The position numbers and the translations under genes are program-made. From positions 512,001-576,000 of the forward strand of contig CAWETW010000001.1 of the NCBI GenBank assembly GCA_963812155.1: a stretch of 64,000 bases of DNA, written 5' to 3'. This DNA comes from Vulcanimicrobiota bacterium (lineage in GTDB: Bacteria > Vulcanimicrobiota > Vulcanimicrobiia > Vulcanimicrobiales > Vulcanimicrobiaceae). Below are positions 20,681 through 35,510 of this stretch, one piece after another (position 1 is the first letter of the stretch; every line of letters starts with the position of its first letter). Below the pieces are notes generated by a model, which was given only the letters and a program-made list of their open reading frames with translations, ran no database searches and had not been told where the DNA came from.

Positions 20681-23373
20681 AGATTCTCGCGCCCGCGCTG
20701 TCGGCGCTCGCGCTCGTCGCATCGATCGCACTCTTTCCGACACCCGCTTCGGCCCAGAACGGTCCGGGCGACGCCGGAATTTATACGACGACGCTTTCGA
20801 ACGGCTTAAAAGTCGTGGTCGTCGAGGATCGCGCCGCGCCGGTCGTTCAAACGTCAATGTGGTACGGATTCGGTTCGCTCGACGAAACGACCGGGAAAAC
20901 CGGCCTCGCCCACGCCCTCGAACACATGCTGTTCCGCGGTACGAACGAGGTTTCGGCGGGCGGTCTCGACGACATCGTCGCGCGGTTGGGAGCGCAGATG
21001 AACGGCGAGACGACCTACGACTATACGCATTTCTATTTCGAGATGCCGTCCGACAAAATCGATGACGCGCTCTTCATCGAGGCGGACCGCATGCAGCACG
21101 CGGCGCTGCGCGCGTCGGATTGGGCCGTCGAGCGCAACGCGGTGCTCAACGAAATCGACGGCGATCTGTCGTCGCCGTTCTTCAATCTGCTTTCGCGCGT
21201 GCGCGCCGCGGCGTTTCCGGATCAGCCGGCAGGGCGCACGCCGGTCGGCAACCGCAGCGACGTCGCCAACGCGAGCGTCGCCGACATCGCTCGGTACTAT
21301 CGCGAGTGGTACGCTCCGAACAACGCAACGCTGGTCGTCACCGGCGACGTTTCCCATCAAACCGTCTTTGCCAAGGCGCAGCGCTATTTCGGCGCGATTC
21401 CGAGCAAGACGCTGCCGCCGTCGCCCAGCCGCAACCCGGTTCCCGCATCGGGACAACGGACCGTCGAAGCGGAGTTTCCGTTTCCGTTCGAAATTCTCGA
21501 TCTCGCCTACGCGATTCCGGGCGACACCCAGGCCGGCGAACCGGCGGTCAGCACGCTCGCGACGCTGCTCGAGAACCAGCGCTCGCCGTTCTACAAAGCG
21601 CTCGTGCAGACCAACGTCGCGCTCGCCATCGAAGCCAACGCCGACACGCAGCTGCGCGGCGGCCTTGCTCAACGTCTTCATCGTGCTCAATCCCGGCCAT
21701 ACCAGCGCCGAAGCGCAAGCGATCTTTCAAAATACGATCGACCAGGTGCTCGAACGGGTTTCAGCCCGGACCTCGTGGCCGCGGCAAAACGGCTGACGAT
21801 CGCGGAGCGCCTTTACTCCGCCGATTCGATCGACGGCATCGGCGATCTCGCCGGCTACACCTACGGCATCGTCGGCGAAAAAATCGGCGACGAGGATCGC
21901 CGCCTCGCGGCGCTGACCGGCGACGATTTGCTCGCCGCGGCGCGCAAGTACCTCAGCAAGCCGACCGTGGTCGGACACTTGCGTCCGAACGCGAACCCGC
22001 CGCGCGGAAACTCCAGCAAGAGCGATGCCGCCGCCAGCGACGACTTCTCGAAGCGAGTCCCCAGCGGCCCGATCGTCGATCCCGCGTGGATTTCGAAAGC
22101 GGTCCGTACGCCGACGACCGCGCGCAGCACGCTCTCGCCGACGACGTTCACGCTCGCCAACGGCGTGCGCGTCATCGTGCAACAGAAAACCGATCGCCCG
22201 ACGTTCGTGCTCCGCGGGAACATCGCGTCGTCGCCGGCGTTTCAGCCGCCGGGTAACGAAGGCATTTCGCGGCTGGCATCGTCGGTCGCCGACTACGGCA
22301 GCGACAAGTATCCGTTCGAACAGCGCCGCAAGGCCACCGACGAGATGGGCGCCTTCGTCGACACCGGTCAAGGTTTCTCGGCGCAAGGCGAAGCCGGCGA
22401 CTTCGAGCGAATCGTCGACATTCTCGCCGACGGCGAAGCGCATCCGTCGTTCGCCGAACCGTGGCTCTCGATCGAGCGCTCGCAACTCGCCAACAGCCTG
22501 CAATCGGAGAGCAGCATCTCGGGCGTCATGATCGATCGCTCCTACGACCGTCTGCTGCTTGCTTCCGACGATCCGACGCTGCGACAGCCGACGGCGGAAA
22601 GCGTTCAACGCATCACGCGCGAGGATCTCGCGTCGTACGCCGCGCGGTATTGGCGGCCCGATCTCACGACGATCGCCGTCGTCGGCAATCTCTCGCCGGA
22701 GCGCGTGCGCTCGGCGCTCGAGAGCGCGTTCGGATCGTGGCAGGCCACCGGGCCCAAACCGAATCCACATCTGATGGCGATGCCGCCGGCATCGCGCGGG
22801 CACGACTACATCGGGACGGCGGCCAATCAAGTCTTCATCCGGCTCGGGCAGCCGGCGGTGTCGCGTTCGAATCCGGATTACGACACGTTCCTCGTGCTCA
22901 ACCAAATTCTCGGCGGCAGCGGCGCGTTCGAATCGCGTTTGTGGCAGGAGATGCGCCAGAAGCGCGGTCTCGTGTACAGCGTCGGAAGCTCGGTGAGCGC
23001 CAACGCCGATCGCGGCGATTTCCGCGTCGAGTTGAGCGCATCGCCGCAACGCGTCGTCGAAGCCGTGAAGTTCGTGCGGTCGCAGCTCGAGCAGCTGCAG
23101 AGCGAACCGGTTTCCGCAACCGAACTCCAAGAAGCGAAGGTGCGCCTCGTCAGCGATGCGCTGCTCGATGAGGCGTCGTCGAGCGGCCAGGCGAAGCAAG
23201 TGCTCGACATTCTCACCAGTAATCTGCCGCTCGACTACTACCGGACGCTCAACGATCGCTTCGCGCGCATCACCGCCGCCGACGTGCAGCGCGTCGCCAA
23301 GGAGTATCTGAAACCGCAAAGGCTCGTCGAAGTGTACGCAGGCCCGAACGGGCCGTGGGCGCAAGGATTCTGA
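20677..23373 (+). CDS. Exported M16 (pitrilysin) zinc peptidase with fused halves
   Basis: Signal peptide, HALEH (HxxEH), WYAPNNA, RQKRGLVY; ~21660-21760 probably out of frame between compensating indels. Confidence 0.92.
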   Translation: MKILAPALSALALVASIALFPTPASAQNGPGDAGIYTTTLSNGLKVVVVEDRAAPVVQTSMWYGFGSLDETTGKTGLAHALEHMLFRGTNEVSAGGLDDIVARLGAQMNGETTYDYTHFYFEMPSDKIDDALFIEADRMQHAALRASDWAVERNAVLNEIDGDLSSPFFNLLSRVRAAAFPDQPAGRTPVGNRSDVANASVADIARYYREWYAPNNATLVVTGDVSHQTVFAKAQRYFGAIPSKTLPPSPSRNPVPASGQRTVEAEFPFPFEILDLAYAIPGDTQAGEPAVSTLATLLENQRSPFYKALVQTNVALAIEANADTQLRGGLAQRLHRAQSRPYQRRSASDLSKYDRPGARTGFSPDLVAAAKRLTIAERLYSADSIDGIGDLAGYTYGIVGEKIGDEDRRLAALTGDDLLAAARKYLSKPTVVGHLRPNANPPRGNSSKSDAAASDDFSKRVPSGPIVDPAWISKAVRTPTTARSTLSPTTFTLANGVRVIVQQKTDRPTFVLRGNIASSPAFQPPGNEGISRLASSVADYGSDKYPFEQRRKATDEMGAFVDTGQGFSAQGEAGDFERIVDILADGEAHPSFAEPWLSIERSQLANSLQSESSISGVMIDRSYDRLLLASDDPTLRQPTAESVQRITREDLASYAARYWRPDLTTIAVVGNLSPERVRSALESAFGSWQATGPKPNPHLMAMPPASRGHDYIGTAANQVFIRLGQPAVSRSNPDYDTFLVLNQILGGSGAFESRLWQEMRQKRGLVYSVGSSVSANADRGDFRVELSASPQRVVEAVKFVRSQLEQLQSEPVSATELQEAKVRLVSDALLDEASSSGQAKQVLDILTSNLPLDYYRTLNDRFARITAADVQRVAKEYLKPQRLVEVYAGPNGPWAQGF

Positions 23374-23377
23374 TCCC

Positions 23378-24751
23378 GTGAACGCTGTCATCACGATCAA
23401 TCCTGCGACCGGCGACGAGATCGAGCGCATTGCGTATATGAGCGCCGCGACGGTCGACGAACGTCTCTCGACCGCGGCCGAAGCGGCACGGCTGTGGGGC
23501 AGTCTCGCGCCGATCCGGCGGGCGGCGTTTCTGCACGACGTCGCCGCGAAACTGCGCGAGCAGTCGCGAGCGCGCTGGCGCTCGTCGCAACCACCGAAAT
23601 GGGCAAGCCGCTCGCACAGGCGCGCGCGGAAATCGAGAAATGCGCGTGGTGCTGCGAGTACTTCGCCGATAACGGGCCGGCGATGATCGCGCCGCAGGAA
23701 GCGCACGCCGAACCGGCGCGCAGTTACGTCGCGTTCCGTCCGCTGGGCGTCGTGCTCGCGATCATGCCGTGGAACTTTCCTTATTGGCAGGTCTTTCGCG
23801 CGGCGGCGCCGGCCCTGCTCACCGGCAACGCGATGCTGTTGAAGCATGCGTGGAGCACGACGCGCTGCGGAATCGAGATCGAGCGTATCTTCCGCGAAGC
23901 CGGAGCGCCCGAAGGGCTGTTCACGACGCTGTTGACGACCACCGAGCGACGTCGACGCACTCATCGCCGATTCGCGCATTGCCGCGGTGACGCTCACGGG
24001 TTCCGAACGCGCCGGCGTCGCGGTCGCATCGGCCGCCGGTGCGGCGTTGAAGAAGTGCGTGCTCGAACTTGGCGGTTCCGACGCATTCGTCGTGCTCGAG
24101 GATGCCGACATCGAGCGCGCCGCAAAAACGGCGGTAAAGGCGCGCTTTCAAAACACCGGCCAAAGCTGCATCGCCGCCAAACGCTTCATCGCGGTCGAAC
24201 CGGTGTACGATGCGTTCCTCGAACGCTTCGTCGAACTGACGCGCGAGGCAGCGTACCGGGGATCCGACCGACGAGGCGACGACCATCGGGCCGTGCGCGC
24301 GCGCCGACTTGCGCGACGGCGTTGACGCGCAAGTGCGGAGCACGGTCGAACGCGGCGGACGTTTGCTGCTGGGGGCAACCGGATCGACCGGCCCGGCTTC
24401 TTTTACGAGCCGACGGTCGTCGCCGACGTGCGTCCGGGCATGGCGATGTTCGACGAAGAAGTGTTCGGGCCGGCCGCCGCCGTCGTGCGCGCCGCCGATG
24501 CCGACGAGGCGATCGCGCTCGCGAACGCGTCGAGTTACGGCCTCGGCTTCAGCATCTGGACTCGCGACGTGAGCGCTGCGGAGGAGTTCGCGGCGCGCGT
24601 CGAAGCCGGCGCGGTGTTCGTCAACGGCATGGTGGCCAGCGATCCGCGACTGCCGTTCGGCGGCGTGAAGAAAAGCGGCTACGGACGCGAGTTGTCCGCG
24701 TTCGGCGTCCACGAGTTCGCCAACATACAAACGGTCGTCGTATCGCCATAG
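23378..24751 (+). CDS. NAD-dependent succinate-semialdehyde dehydrogenase family (multiple frameshifts)
   Basis: [47 protein letters not shown] across frames. Confidence 0.88.
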
Positions 24752-25202
24752 TCCGCGCCTTCGAACAGGGCGACACCGGCGCGTGGGCGGCGATGCGTGC
24801 GCGGCTCTGGCCGCATGCGGATGCGGCGGAACTGGCGCGCGAAGCGCGAGACTTCTGCTGCCGGCGCTGCCAGTACCCGACGCATCGACGTCGTCTTCAT
24901 CGCCGACGGCGACGATCGCGCCAATTGGATTTCTCGAGCTCTCGTTCCGCGAGTTTTCCGACGGTTGCGACTCGATGCCGGTGCCGTACGTCGAGGGGTG
25001 GTACGTCGAACCAGGCACGCGCGGGACTGGTGTTGGCCGAGCGCTGATGCAAGCCGCCGAAGCGTGGTCGCGGGAGCGCGGCTTTACCGAACTGGCTTCG
25101 GATACGGAAGTTGGAAACGAAACGTCGCTTCAAGCTCATAAGCGTTGCGGTTTCGAAGAGACGGAGCGACTGATCAAACTTCGCAAAAGGCTGTCAGCGT
25201 AG
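24748..25202 (+). CDS. GNAT acetyltransferase, AAC(6')-I-like (frameshifted)
   Basis: YVEGWYV-RGTGVG, ELASD-N-S-H-GFEETER. Confidence 0.78.
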
Positions 25203-25256
25203 TTTTACGCACCAGCAACGAGAGGTGCTCCAGCATTCATGATCATCGCCGGGGCG

Positions 25257-26375
25257 TTATGCGGAGATGTAGCGCGCAATGCGGGCGATGCCTTCGCGAA
25301 CGTCGTCGATCGGTGCGACCCAACTCAATCGCAGCCAGCCTTCGAGCGCCGCGCCGAAGGCGACGCCGGGAATCGCCACGACGTCGTGGCGGTCGATGAG
25401 CTCGTTGGCGGCGACGAGGGAGTTCGCGCCGTCGTGCAGCCGCACGCACGCGTAGAATGCCCCGTCAATGGGCGCGTAGTGCAAGGCATGCGCGTCGAGG
25501 GCCGCAATCACGTTCCCGGCGCTGATCCGCGTACCACCCCGAATGTTCGCCGAGGCCGTCGCTTTCGAAGACGTGAATCGCCACCTGCTGCGCAAACGTA
25601 TCGGTGCACGACGTGACCCACGCATGCGCTTTAATCGCCTGCTCGACGAACGGCTGCGGACCGAGAATCCATCCGAGCCGCAAGCCGGTCAGCGCGTTGC
25701 TCTTACTGACCGAGTTCGTGACGATCGTGTGCGGATAGCGTTGCGCGAGATCCGCAGCATCGTCGACGAACGTCTGCTCGCGATAGATTTCGTCGTGAAT
25801 AAGCCATACGGGGTCGCCGCCACGCCGCTCCAAAGCGCTCGCGAGGAGTTCGGCTTGCTCGCGCGCGAGCACGCGCCCCGTCGGGTTGCAGGGCGAGCAG
25901 AAGACGATCGCGCGCGTCGCGGCGGTCACGCCCGCGAGAATGCGGTCGGCGTCGAAAGCGAAGCCGTCGTCCTCGCGCATCGTGACGGTACGGCAGGCAA
26001 CCCCTCCGAGCGCCGCCATCTTCACGTATGACGGAAATGCCGGCTCGACGACGAGCAGTTCGTCGCGCGAAGCATCCAGGAGCGTCATCAGCGTCACGTA
26101 CATCGCTTCTTGCGAGCCCGCCGTCACGCAGACGTTCGCGACCGTATCCATTCCCGGATAGCCGTAGTGCCGCGCGATCGCCGCGCGCAGCCGTGGATCG
26201 CCCGCGTTGGGTGCGTACTTGACGCCGTGCTCGACGACGTGGCGCATCGCGTGCTCGAAATGCGCGCGCGACGGCAAGAGCGTCGGTTCGCCCAAACCGA
26301 GATCGATCGAACCATGCTTCTTGCGCGCCGCAACCTGCCGAATCAACGATCCGGGAATGGAAACAACGCGAGGAT

Positions 26376-26379
<4 letters not shown>
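25257..26379 (-). CDS. PLP-dependent class I/II aminotransferase (frameshifted ~25500-25540), possibly DapC-like
   Basis: GEP, PCNPTG, HDEIY, SVSKSNALTGLRLG; ATGA-coupled to dapD. Confidence 0.85.
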
Positions 26380-27202
<823 letters not shown>

Positions 27203-27345
27203 GACGAGCAGCCACAAGCCCGGCTTTACGTCACGTCGCTCGTCGTACCATGCCGGGGGCCGGCGGTACCGTTTCGGTAAGGAATACACGGGGAAGGGCG
27301 AAATGACCTCACCCCACCCGGAGAGGGCTTCATAAAGGAGAGATC

Positions 27346-29360
<2,015 letters not shown>

Positions 29361-29370
29361 GAGATACATC

Positions 29371-32234
29371 GTGAAGCAACCAACTCCAGCAGCTGCTCGC
29401 CGCCGGACAGAGCGTGTGGCTCGACAACCTTCGCCGCAGCATGTTCGCGTCGGGCGAACTCAAGCGCCTGATCGACCAGCGGACTGCGCGGCATGACGAG
29501 CAATCCGACGATCTTCGAAAAAGCGATCGGCGCGGGCAACGACTACGACGAGCAGCTGCGAGCAACTCGATCGGCTCCGAGAAGAGCGCCGAAGCGCTCT
29601 TCTGGGATCTCGCGATCCAAGACATCCAGCAGCGCCTGCGACGAGTTCCGCGGCGTTTACGACTCGTCCGGCGGCAACGACGGCTTCGTCAGCCTCGAAG
29701 TCTCGCCGCTGCTCGCGCACGACACGCAAGGCACGATCGCGATGGCCAAGGAGCTTATGGGCAGCGCGTCGGCCGTCCGAATCTCATGGTGAAGATTCCC
29801 GGCACGAAAGAAGGCGTTGCCGGCGATCGAAGAGTGCATCTACGAAGGCGTCAACATCAACGTGACGCTGATCTTCTCGATCGAAATGTACGAAAAGGCG
29901 GCGCGCGCGTACGTCAAAGGGCTTGCAGCGGCGCCTCGCCGAGAAGAAACCGATCGATAAGATTCGCTCCGTCAACTCCGTCTTCGTCAGCCGCATCGAC
30001 ACCGCCGTCGACAAGATGCTGCACGAGCACATCGCCAAGGGCGAGAAACTCGACGCATTTGCTCGGCAAGACCGGCATCGCGAACCTGAAGCTCACGTAC
30101 CAGAAGTTCAAAGAGATCTTCGAGGGCGAGCGATTTTGCGCGCGCTCAAGGCGGCCGGCGGCGCCGTGCAGCGCCCGCTCTGGGCCTCGACGTCGACGAA
30201 GAATCCGCACGTATCCCGACCTGATGTACGTCGAGACCGTCGTCGGCCCCGACACCGTCAACACGATGCCGCCGAAGACGATCGACGCGCTGCTCGATCA
30301 CGGCACGATCGTGGCCGACACCGTCGAGAGCGATCTGCCGGCGGCGCACGGACGTCATGCAGGCGCTGCAGGACGCGAAGATCTCGCTCTTCGACGTCAC
30401 CGAACAACTGCAGATCGAAGGCGTCACGCTCTTCTCCGACTCGTTCGCGGCGCTGCTCGGCGCGATCGTCTACAAGCAGAAGCTGCTGGAAAGCGGCGGC
30501 AGCGAGCGCGTCGCCTCACGTCGGGGGCCTCCGCAATCCGCGTTCGACGGTGCGCTCGACACGCTCGCGCAAGGCCGATTTTCTCAAGCGGCTGTGGGCG
30601 CACGATCCGACGCTGTGGTCGAACGACCGCGGCCGACGCGGAGATCATCAAGAAGTCGCTCGGCTGGCTCGACATCCCGCAGCACATGCTCGAAGCGCGT
30701 TCCCGAACTGCGCGCTTTCGGCAGGGAAGTCGAAGAGAAGTTCGATTTCGCCGTCGTCTGCGGCATGGGCGGAAGTTCGCTCGCGCCCGACGTGCTGGCC
30801 GATACCTTCGGACAACTTCGAGGGCTATCCGCACCTGCATGGTGCTCGATTCGACGTGCCCGCAGCAGATTCAAAGAGCTCGACGAGCAGATTCGCATTC
30901 CCGACACGCTCTTCATCATCTCGAGCAAGAGCGGCACGACGACCGAACCGAACGCGTTCTTCGCGTACTTTCACGAGAAAGTCTCGAAGCAGCTCGGCGC
31001 CTCGCGTAGCCGGGCGCAACTTCGTCGCGATCACCGATCCCGGAACGCACGCTGGAAGCCGAAGCCAAAGAGGAAAAGTTCCAAGCCTGTTTCGACAACG
31101 ACCCGAACATCGGCGGACGCTACTCGGCGCTCTCGTACGTCGGCATTGCGCCGGCGGCGATCGCCGGCTACGACATCAACCTGCTGCTCGACCGCGCGCT
31201 CGGCGCGATGCACGCCAACGACCGCACCGTTTCGGTCAAGGATGCCCCGGGCGTGCGTTTCGGCGCCGCGATCGGCGGCCTCGCGGTCGCGGGCCGCGAC
31301 AAGCTCACGATCGTGACGCATCCCGACGTACGCGCTTTCGGCGCGTGGGCGGAGCAGCTCATCGCGGAATCCACCGGCAAGCACGGCAAGGGCATCGTGC
31401 CGATCGCAGGCGAGCCGCTCGGCGCGCCGGACGTCTACGGCGACGACCGCCTCTTCGTCTACGTCGGCGCGAACTTGCCCGATCCCGACAACGGCGTCGA
31501 CGATGCGTTGCGCGCGCTCGAAGCGGCCGGCCATCCGGTCGTGCGGCTCGACATGAACGACGAATACGATCTCGGCGAGCAGTTCTATCTCTGGGAGATC
31601 GCGGTCGCGGCCGCCGGCGCGATCTTGGGTATCAACGCGTTCGATCAGCCGAACGTCCAGGAGTCGAAAGACAACACCGTCGCGTTGCTCGCGCAATACG
31701 CGCAGAAGGGAAGTTTCGACGAGCCCGCGCCCGACGTCGAAGGACCGAAGTTCGACGTGACCTTCCTCTCGGGAAGCAAGACGATCCGCGCGCAGGTGCC
31801 GGTTCCCGCGCTTTCGGGCGTGTTCGCGCAAATGCACCCGCACGATTACGCGGCGATCACCGCGTACATCGCGCGCAACGAGACGCACGAGGGATTGCTC
31901 GAGGAACTCCGGCTGAAGATCCGCGATGCGTGCAAGGTGGCGACGACGGTCGGCTTCGGCCCGCGCTTCCTGCACTCGACCGGCCAACTCCACAAGGGCG
32001 GCCCCGACACGTGCGTCATGCTGCAAATCGTTGCCGACGATCCCGACGACTTCAGCGATTCCCGGCATGAACGTCGGATTCCGGACGCTGCTGGCGGCGC
32101 AGGCGCTGGGCGACTGGCAGTCGCTCGACAAACGCAACCGGCGCGGCGTGCGCGTGCATCTCAAAGGCGACGTCGAGGCCGCGCTGCGCGCGCTGATCGC
32201 CGCGGTCGACGAGGCGCTCTCGGTTCGGGCATGA
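29371..32234 (+). CDS. Bifunctional transaldolase/phosphoglucose isomerase (many frameshifts)
   Basis: [34 protein letters not shown], then [38 protein letters not shown]. Confidence 0.9.
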
Positions 32235-33794
32235 TCGCGGCTCCTCCCAGCGACGGCGCGGCCGTCAACCCGCTGCGCGCGGGCCTCGCCGAGCGATCGC
32301 ATCACGGAGCCGTGCAGCATCGTCTTCTTCGGCGCGAGCGGCGATCTGTTCAAACGCATGCTGCTGCCGGCGATCTACTCGATGCGCTTGGACGGAACGT
32401 TGCCGATCGATTTCGCGCTGGTCGGCTTCTGCGCGCTCGAAATACGACGACGATTCGTTTCGCGAGTACTGCAAGCAACAGCTCGACGCAGTTCATGCCG
32501 CCGGGCAAGAAGCCGGAAGGCCACGTCTGGGACGACTTCGCCAAGCGAATTCGCTACATCCGGCCGATTTCGACGATCACAACGACTTCGTCAAACTCAA
32601 AGCACTACTCGCGCGCAACGACGAAGATTTCGGCACGGCCGGCAACCACTTCTTCTATCTCTCCACGCCGCCGTCGGTCTTCCCGGTCGTCGTGCAGCGC
32701 CTCAAGAAAGCCGGCCTCGATCCGCAACCCCGAAGGGGGCGGCTGGACGCGCATCATCGTCGAGAAGCCGTTCGGCACCGATCTCGCATCGGCGCGCGCG
32801 CTGCAGCACGAGATCGACAAGGTCTTCCCGGAGAACGGCCGTCTACCGCATCGACCACTATCTCGGCAAGGAGCCGGTGCAAGACATCATGGCGCTGCGC
32901 TTCGCCAACACGATCTTCGAGCCGATCTGGAATCGCAACTACGTCGCCAACGTGCAGATCACGGCGGCGGAGATCGCTCGGCGTCGAAGAGCGCGGCGGT
33001 TACTACGATCATGCCGGCGCGCTGCGCGACATGATTCAGAACCACGTCATCAACCTGCTGGCGCTGGTCGCGATGGAGCCGCCGGTCGGTTCGCGACGCG
33101 GACGCCATTCGCAACGAAAAGTTCAAAGTGCTCTCCGCGATCGTGCCCGCTGTCGCTACGACGCACGTGGCGTCGATGTCCGCGCGCGGCCAGTACGGCC
33201 CCGGCAGCATCGACGGACAGGCCGTCACACGGCTATCGCGAAGAAGACGACGTCGCTCCCGATTCCAACACCGAGACACGTTCGCGGCGGTGAAGTTCTT
33301 CGTCGACAACTGGCGCTGGGCGGGCGTGCCGTTCTGCCTGCGCTCCGGCAAACGGCTGGCGCGCAAGGTCTCGGAGATCGCGGTCACGTTCAAACCGATT
33401 CCGCATCGCTTCTACGGCGACGTCGACCGACGACGATCGAGCCCGAACGTTGCTGGTCATGAAGATTCAACCCGACGAGGGCATCGCGATGCGTTTCGAG
33501 GCGAAGGTTCCGGGGCCGAAGGATCACGTTCGCAGCGTCTACATGGATTTCAACTACGGTACCGGCTTCGGCGTCGTCTCGCCGCCGGCGTACGAACGGC
33601 TTATCGGCGACGCGATGCGCGGCGATCAGACGCTGTTCACGCGCTGGGATGCCGTCGAACGCGCGTGGGAACTCGTCACGCCGATTCTCGACGTCTGGAC
33701 GAGCAGCAAGGACTTTTCGTTTCCGAACTACGCCGCCGGCAGTCAGGGGCCGCCCGCGGCCGCGAAGCTCTTTTCGGACTGGCGTCCTCTATGA
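32231..33794 (+). CDS. zwf: Glucose-6-phosphate 1-dehydrogenase (many frameshifts)
   Basis: [42 protein letters not shown]. Confidence 0.93.
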
Positions 33795-34759
33795 CGGTCG
33801 ACGTGCAGGCGTTGCTCGAGGAGTTGAACGAGCGCCGCACGCCCGATCGCATGGACGTCGCGCTGATGACGCTCGTGACGTATTTCGAAGACGCCGCCAT
33901 CGGCGCGTGGCTGCGCGACCGTCTCAAGGCATTGGCGGCGAAGGATCCGGCGCGCGTTATTTTGCTCGACGCGACGCAGCGGTCCGGCGCGCGGACGGTA
34001 AGCGCGGAGTGGCTCGAACTCGGCGTGGCCGGCGAGGATGCCGGCGTGCTGCAATCGATCGTGGCATCGCTGATGCTGCCGCAAGCGCCGGTCGTGCTGG
34101 TCTGGGGTTCGAAGCACGTCGCCGGCGACGCCCTCTTCGCTGCTTTGTCGTCGCTCGCTCGAACGATCGTCTACAACAGTTCGGCATTGGGGAGCGACGA
34201 CAGCGGGCTGCGGGCGCTCGTCGAGTTCGAACGTGCCCACCCGGATATGCTGCTCAGCGACGTCGCCTATCTGCGGCTCGCGCCGTGGCAAGAGAGCATC
34301 GCGCTCTTCTTCGACGGCAAAAACGTCATTCGCGAACTCTTCGACTTGCGGCGCGTCGAGATCACGAGCGGCTCCGCGGCCGAAGCGTACTACCTGCTCG
34401 GCTGGCTCGCGAGCCGTCTCGAATGGAAACCGTGCGCCTGCGATCGTTTCTGCAACCGGTTCGGCACCGAGATCGCGTTCACACTCGCGTACGACGGCCC
34501 GCCGCGGCGCATTCGCCGGGTTGCATTGCACTCGACGCAGTCGCATTTCGTCGCGGAACTGCAGCCGGGCGATCCGGGCGCGATCGAACTCACCATCGAA
34601 GGCAGCGCGCGCCATGCCGCACGCTGCCATCCGCTCGTCGACGCCGACACGTCGGCGCTGATCGAACGCGCGATCCTCACGGGACGCCACGATCGCATCT
34701 TTCAAGACACCCTCGCCGCCGCGGGCGAGATCCTCGCGCGACGGGAAGTGGCACGATGA
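33791..34759 (+). CDS. opcA: G6PDH assembly protein OpcA-like
   Basis: Between zwf and pgl with ATGA overlaps; PARVI, PVVLVW, D-RL-PW, GWLASRL-W. Confidence 0.82.
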   Translation: MTVDVQALLEELNERRTPDRMDVALMTLVTYFEDAAIGAWLRDRLKALAAKDPARVILLDATQRSGARTVSAEWLELGVAGEDAGVLQSIVASLMLPQAPVVLVWGSKHVAGDALFAALSSLARTIVYNSSALGSDDSGLRALVEFERAHPDMLLSDVAYLRLAPWQESIALFFDGKNVIRELFDLRRVEITSGSAAEAYYLLGWLASRLEWKPCACDRFCNRFGTEIAFTLAYDGPPRRIRRVALHSTQSHFVAELQPGDPGAIELTIEGSARHAARCHPLVDADTSALIERAILTGRHDRIFQDTLAAAGEILARREVAR

Positions 34760-35487
34760 CGGGCGAGCTGGAGATCTTTCCCGGCGCCCCCGAGGTTGCC
34801 GGGGCGGTCGCCGATCTCTTCGTGGACGTCGCCTGCACCGCGCTGGCAAAACGCGGGAAGGTTCACGTCGCGCTTGCCGGCGGCAACACGCCGCGAGCCG
34901 CGTACGAACTGCTCGCGCAGCTGCCGCGCTCGAGCGAAATTTCCTGGAGCGACGTCTTCATCTATTTCGGAGACGAGCGCTGCGTGCCGCCCGACGACGC
35001 GCAGTCGAACTACCGGATGGCGCGCCTGGCGTTCCTCGATGCCGTACCGATTCCGGCGGCAAACGTCCACCGCATGCGCGGCGAGCTCGATCCGGCCGAG
35101 GCCGCGCGCGACTATGCCGCCGTGCTGCGCACCGACCTCGGCGAAAATCCGTCGTTCGATCTCACGCTGCTGGGTCTGGGCCCCGACGGCCACACTGCGT
35201 CGCTCTTTCCGGGTTCGCCTCCCGACGCCGACGACGATGCGCTCGTGCGCGCGGTCTATTCCGAATCGAGCGCGATGTGGCGCGTCACGATTACGCCGAA
35301 AGTCATTAACGCGTCGCACACCGTCGCCTTTGCGGTTGAGGGCGTGGAAAAAGCCGCGATTCTGGCAAAGGTTCTCGAAGGGCCGCGCGATCCGGTCGCG
35401 CTGCCGTCGCAGATCGTCGCGCCGTCGCCGGGCCGGCTGCTGTGGCTCGTCGATAAAGCGGCCGCGGGCACGCTCCGCGAGCACTAG
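34756..35487 (+). CDS. pgl: 6-phosphogluconolactonase
   Basis: LAGGNTP, GDERCVP, SNY, LGLGPDGHTASLFP. Confidence 0.94.
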   Translation: MTGELEIFPGAPEVAGAVADLFVDVACTALAKRGKVHVALAGGNTPRAAYELLAQLPRSSEISWSDVFIYFGDERCVPPDDAQSNYRMARLAFLDAVPIPAANVHRMRGELDPAEAARDYAAVLRTDLGENPSFDLTLLGLGPDGHTASLFPGSPPDADDDALVRAVYSESSAMWRVTITPKVINASHTVAFAVEGVEKAAILAKVLEGPRDPVALPSQIVAPSPGRLLWLVDKAAAGTLREH

Positions 35488-35510
35488 TGTGACCCCGCTA
35501 CCGCGATGAC

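Noticed and set aside
21660..21760. Apparent Arg-rich insertion in the M16 peptidase
   Set aside because: The alternative frame (LLNVFIVLNPGHTSAEAQAIFQ) looks like the expected protein, implying compensating indels
21727..24111. 794-aa antisense ORF and similar long minus/plus shadows
   Set aside because: Mirror frames of well-supported genes with no recognisable motifs
27245..27269. Imperfect hairpin in the dapD/tkt divergent region
   Set aside because: GC-rich stem expected by chance; no second copy or U-tract
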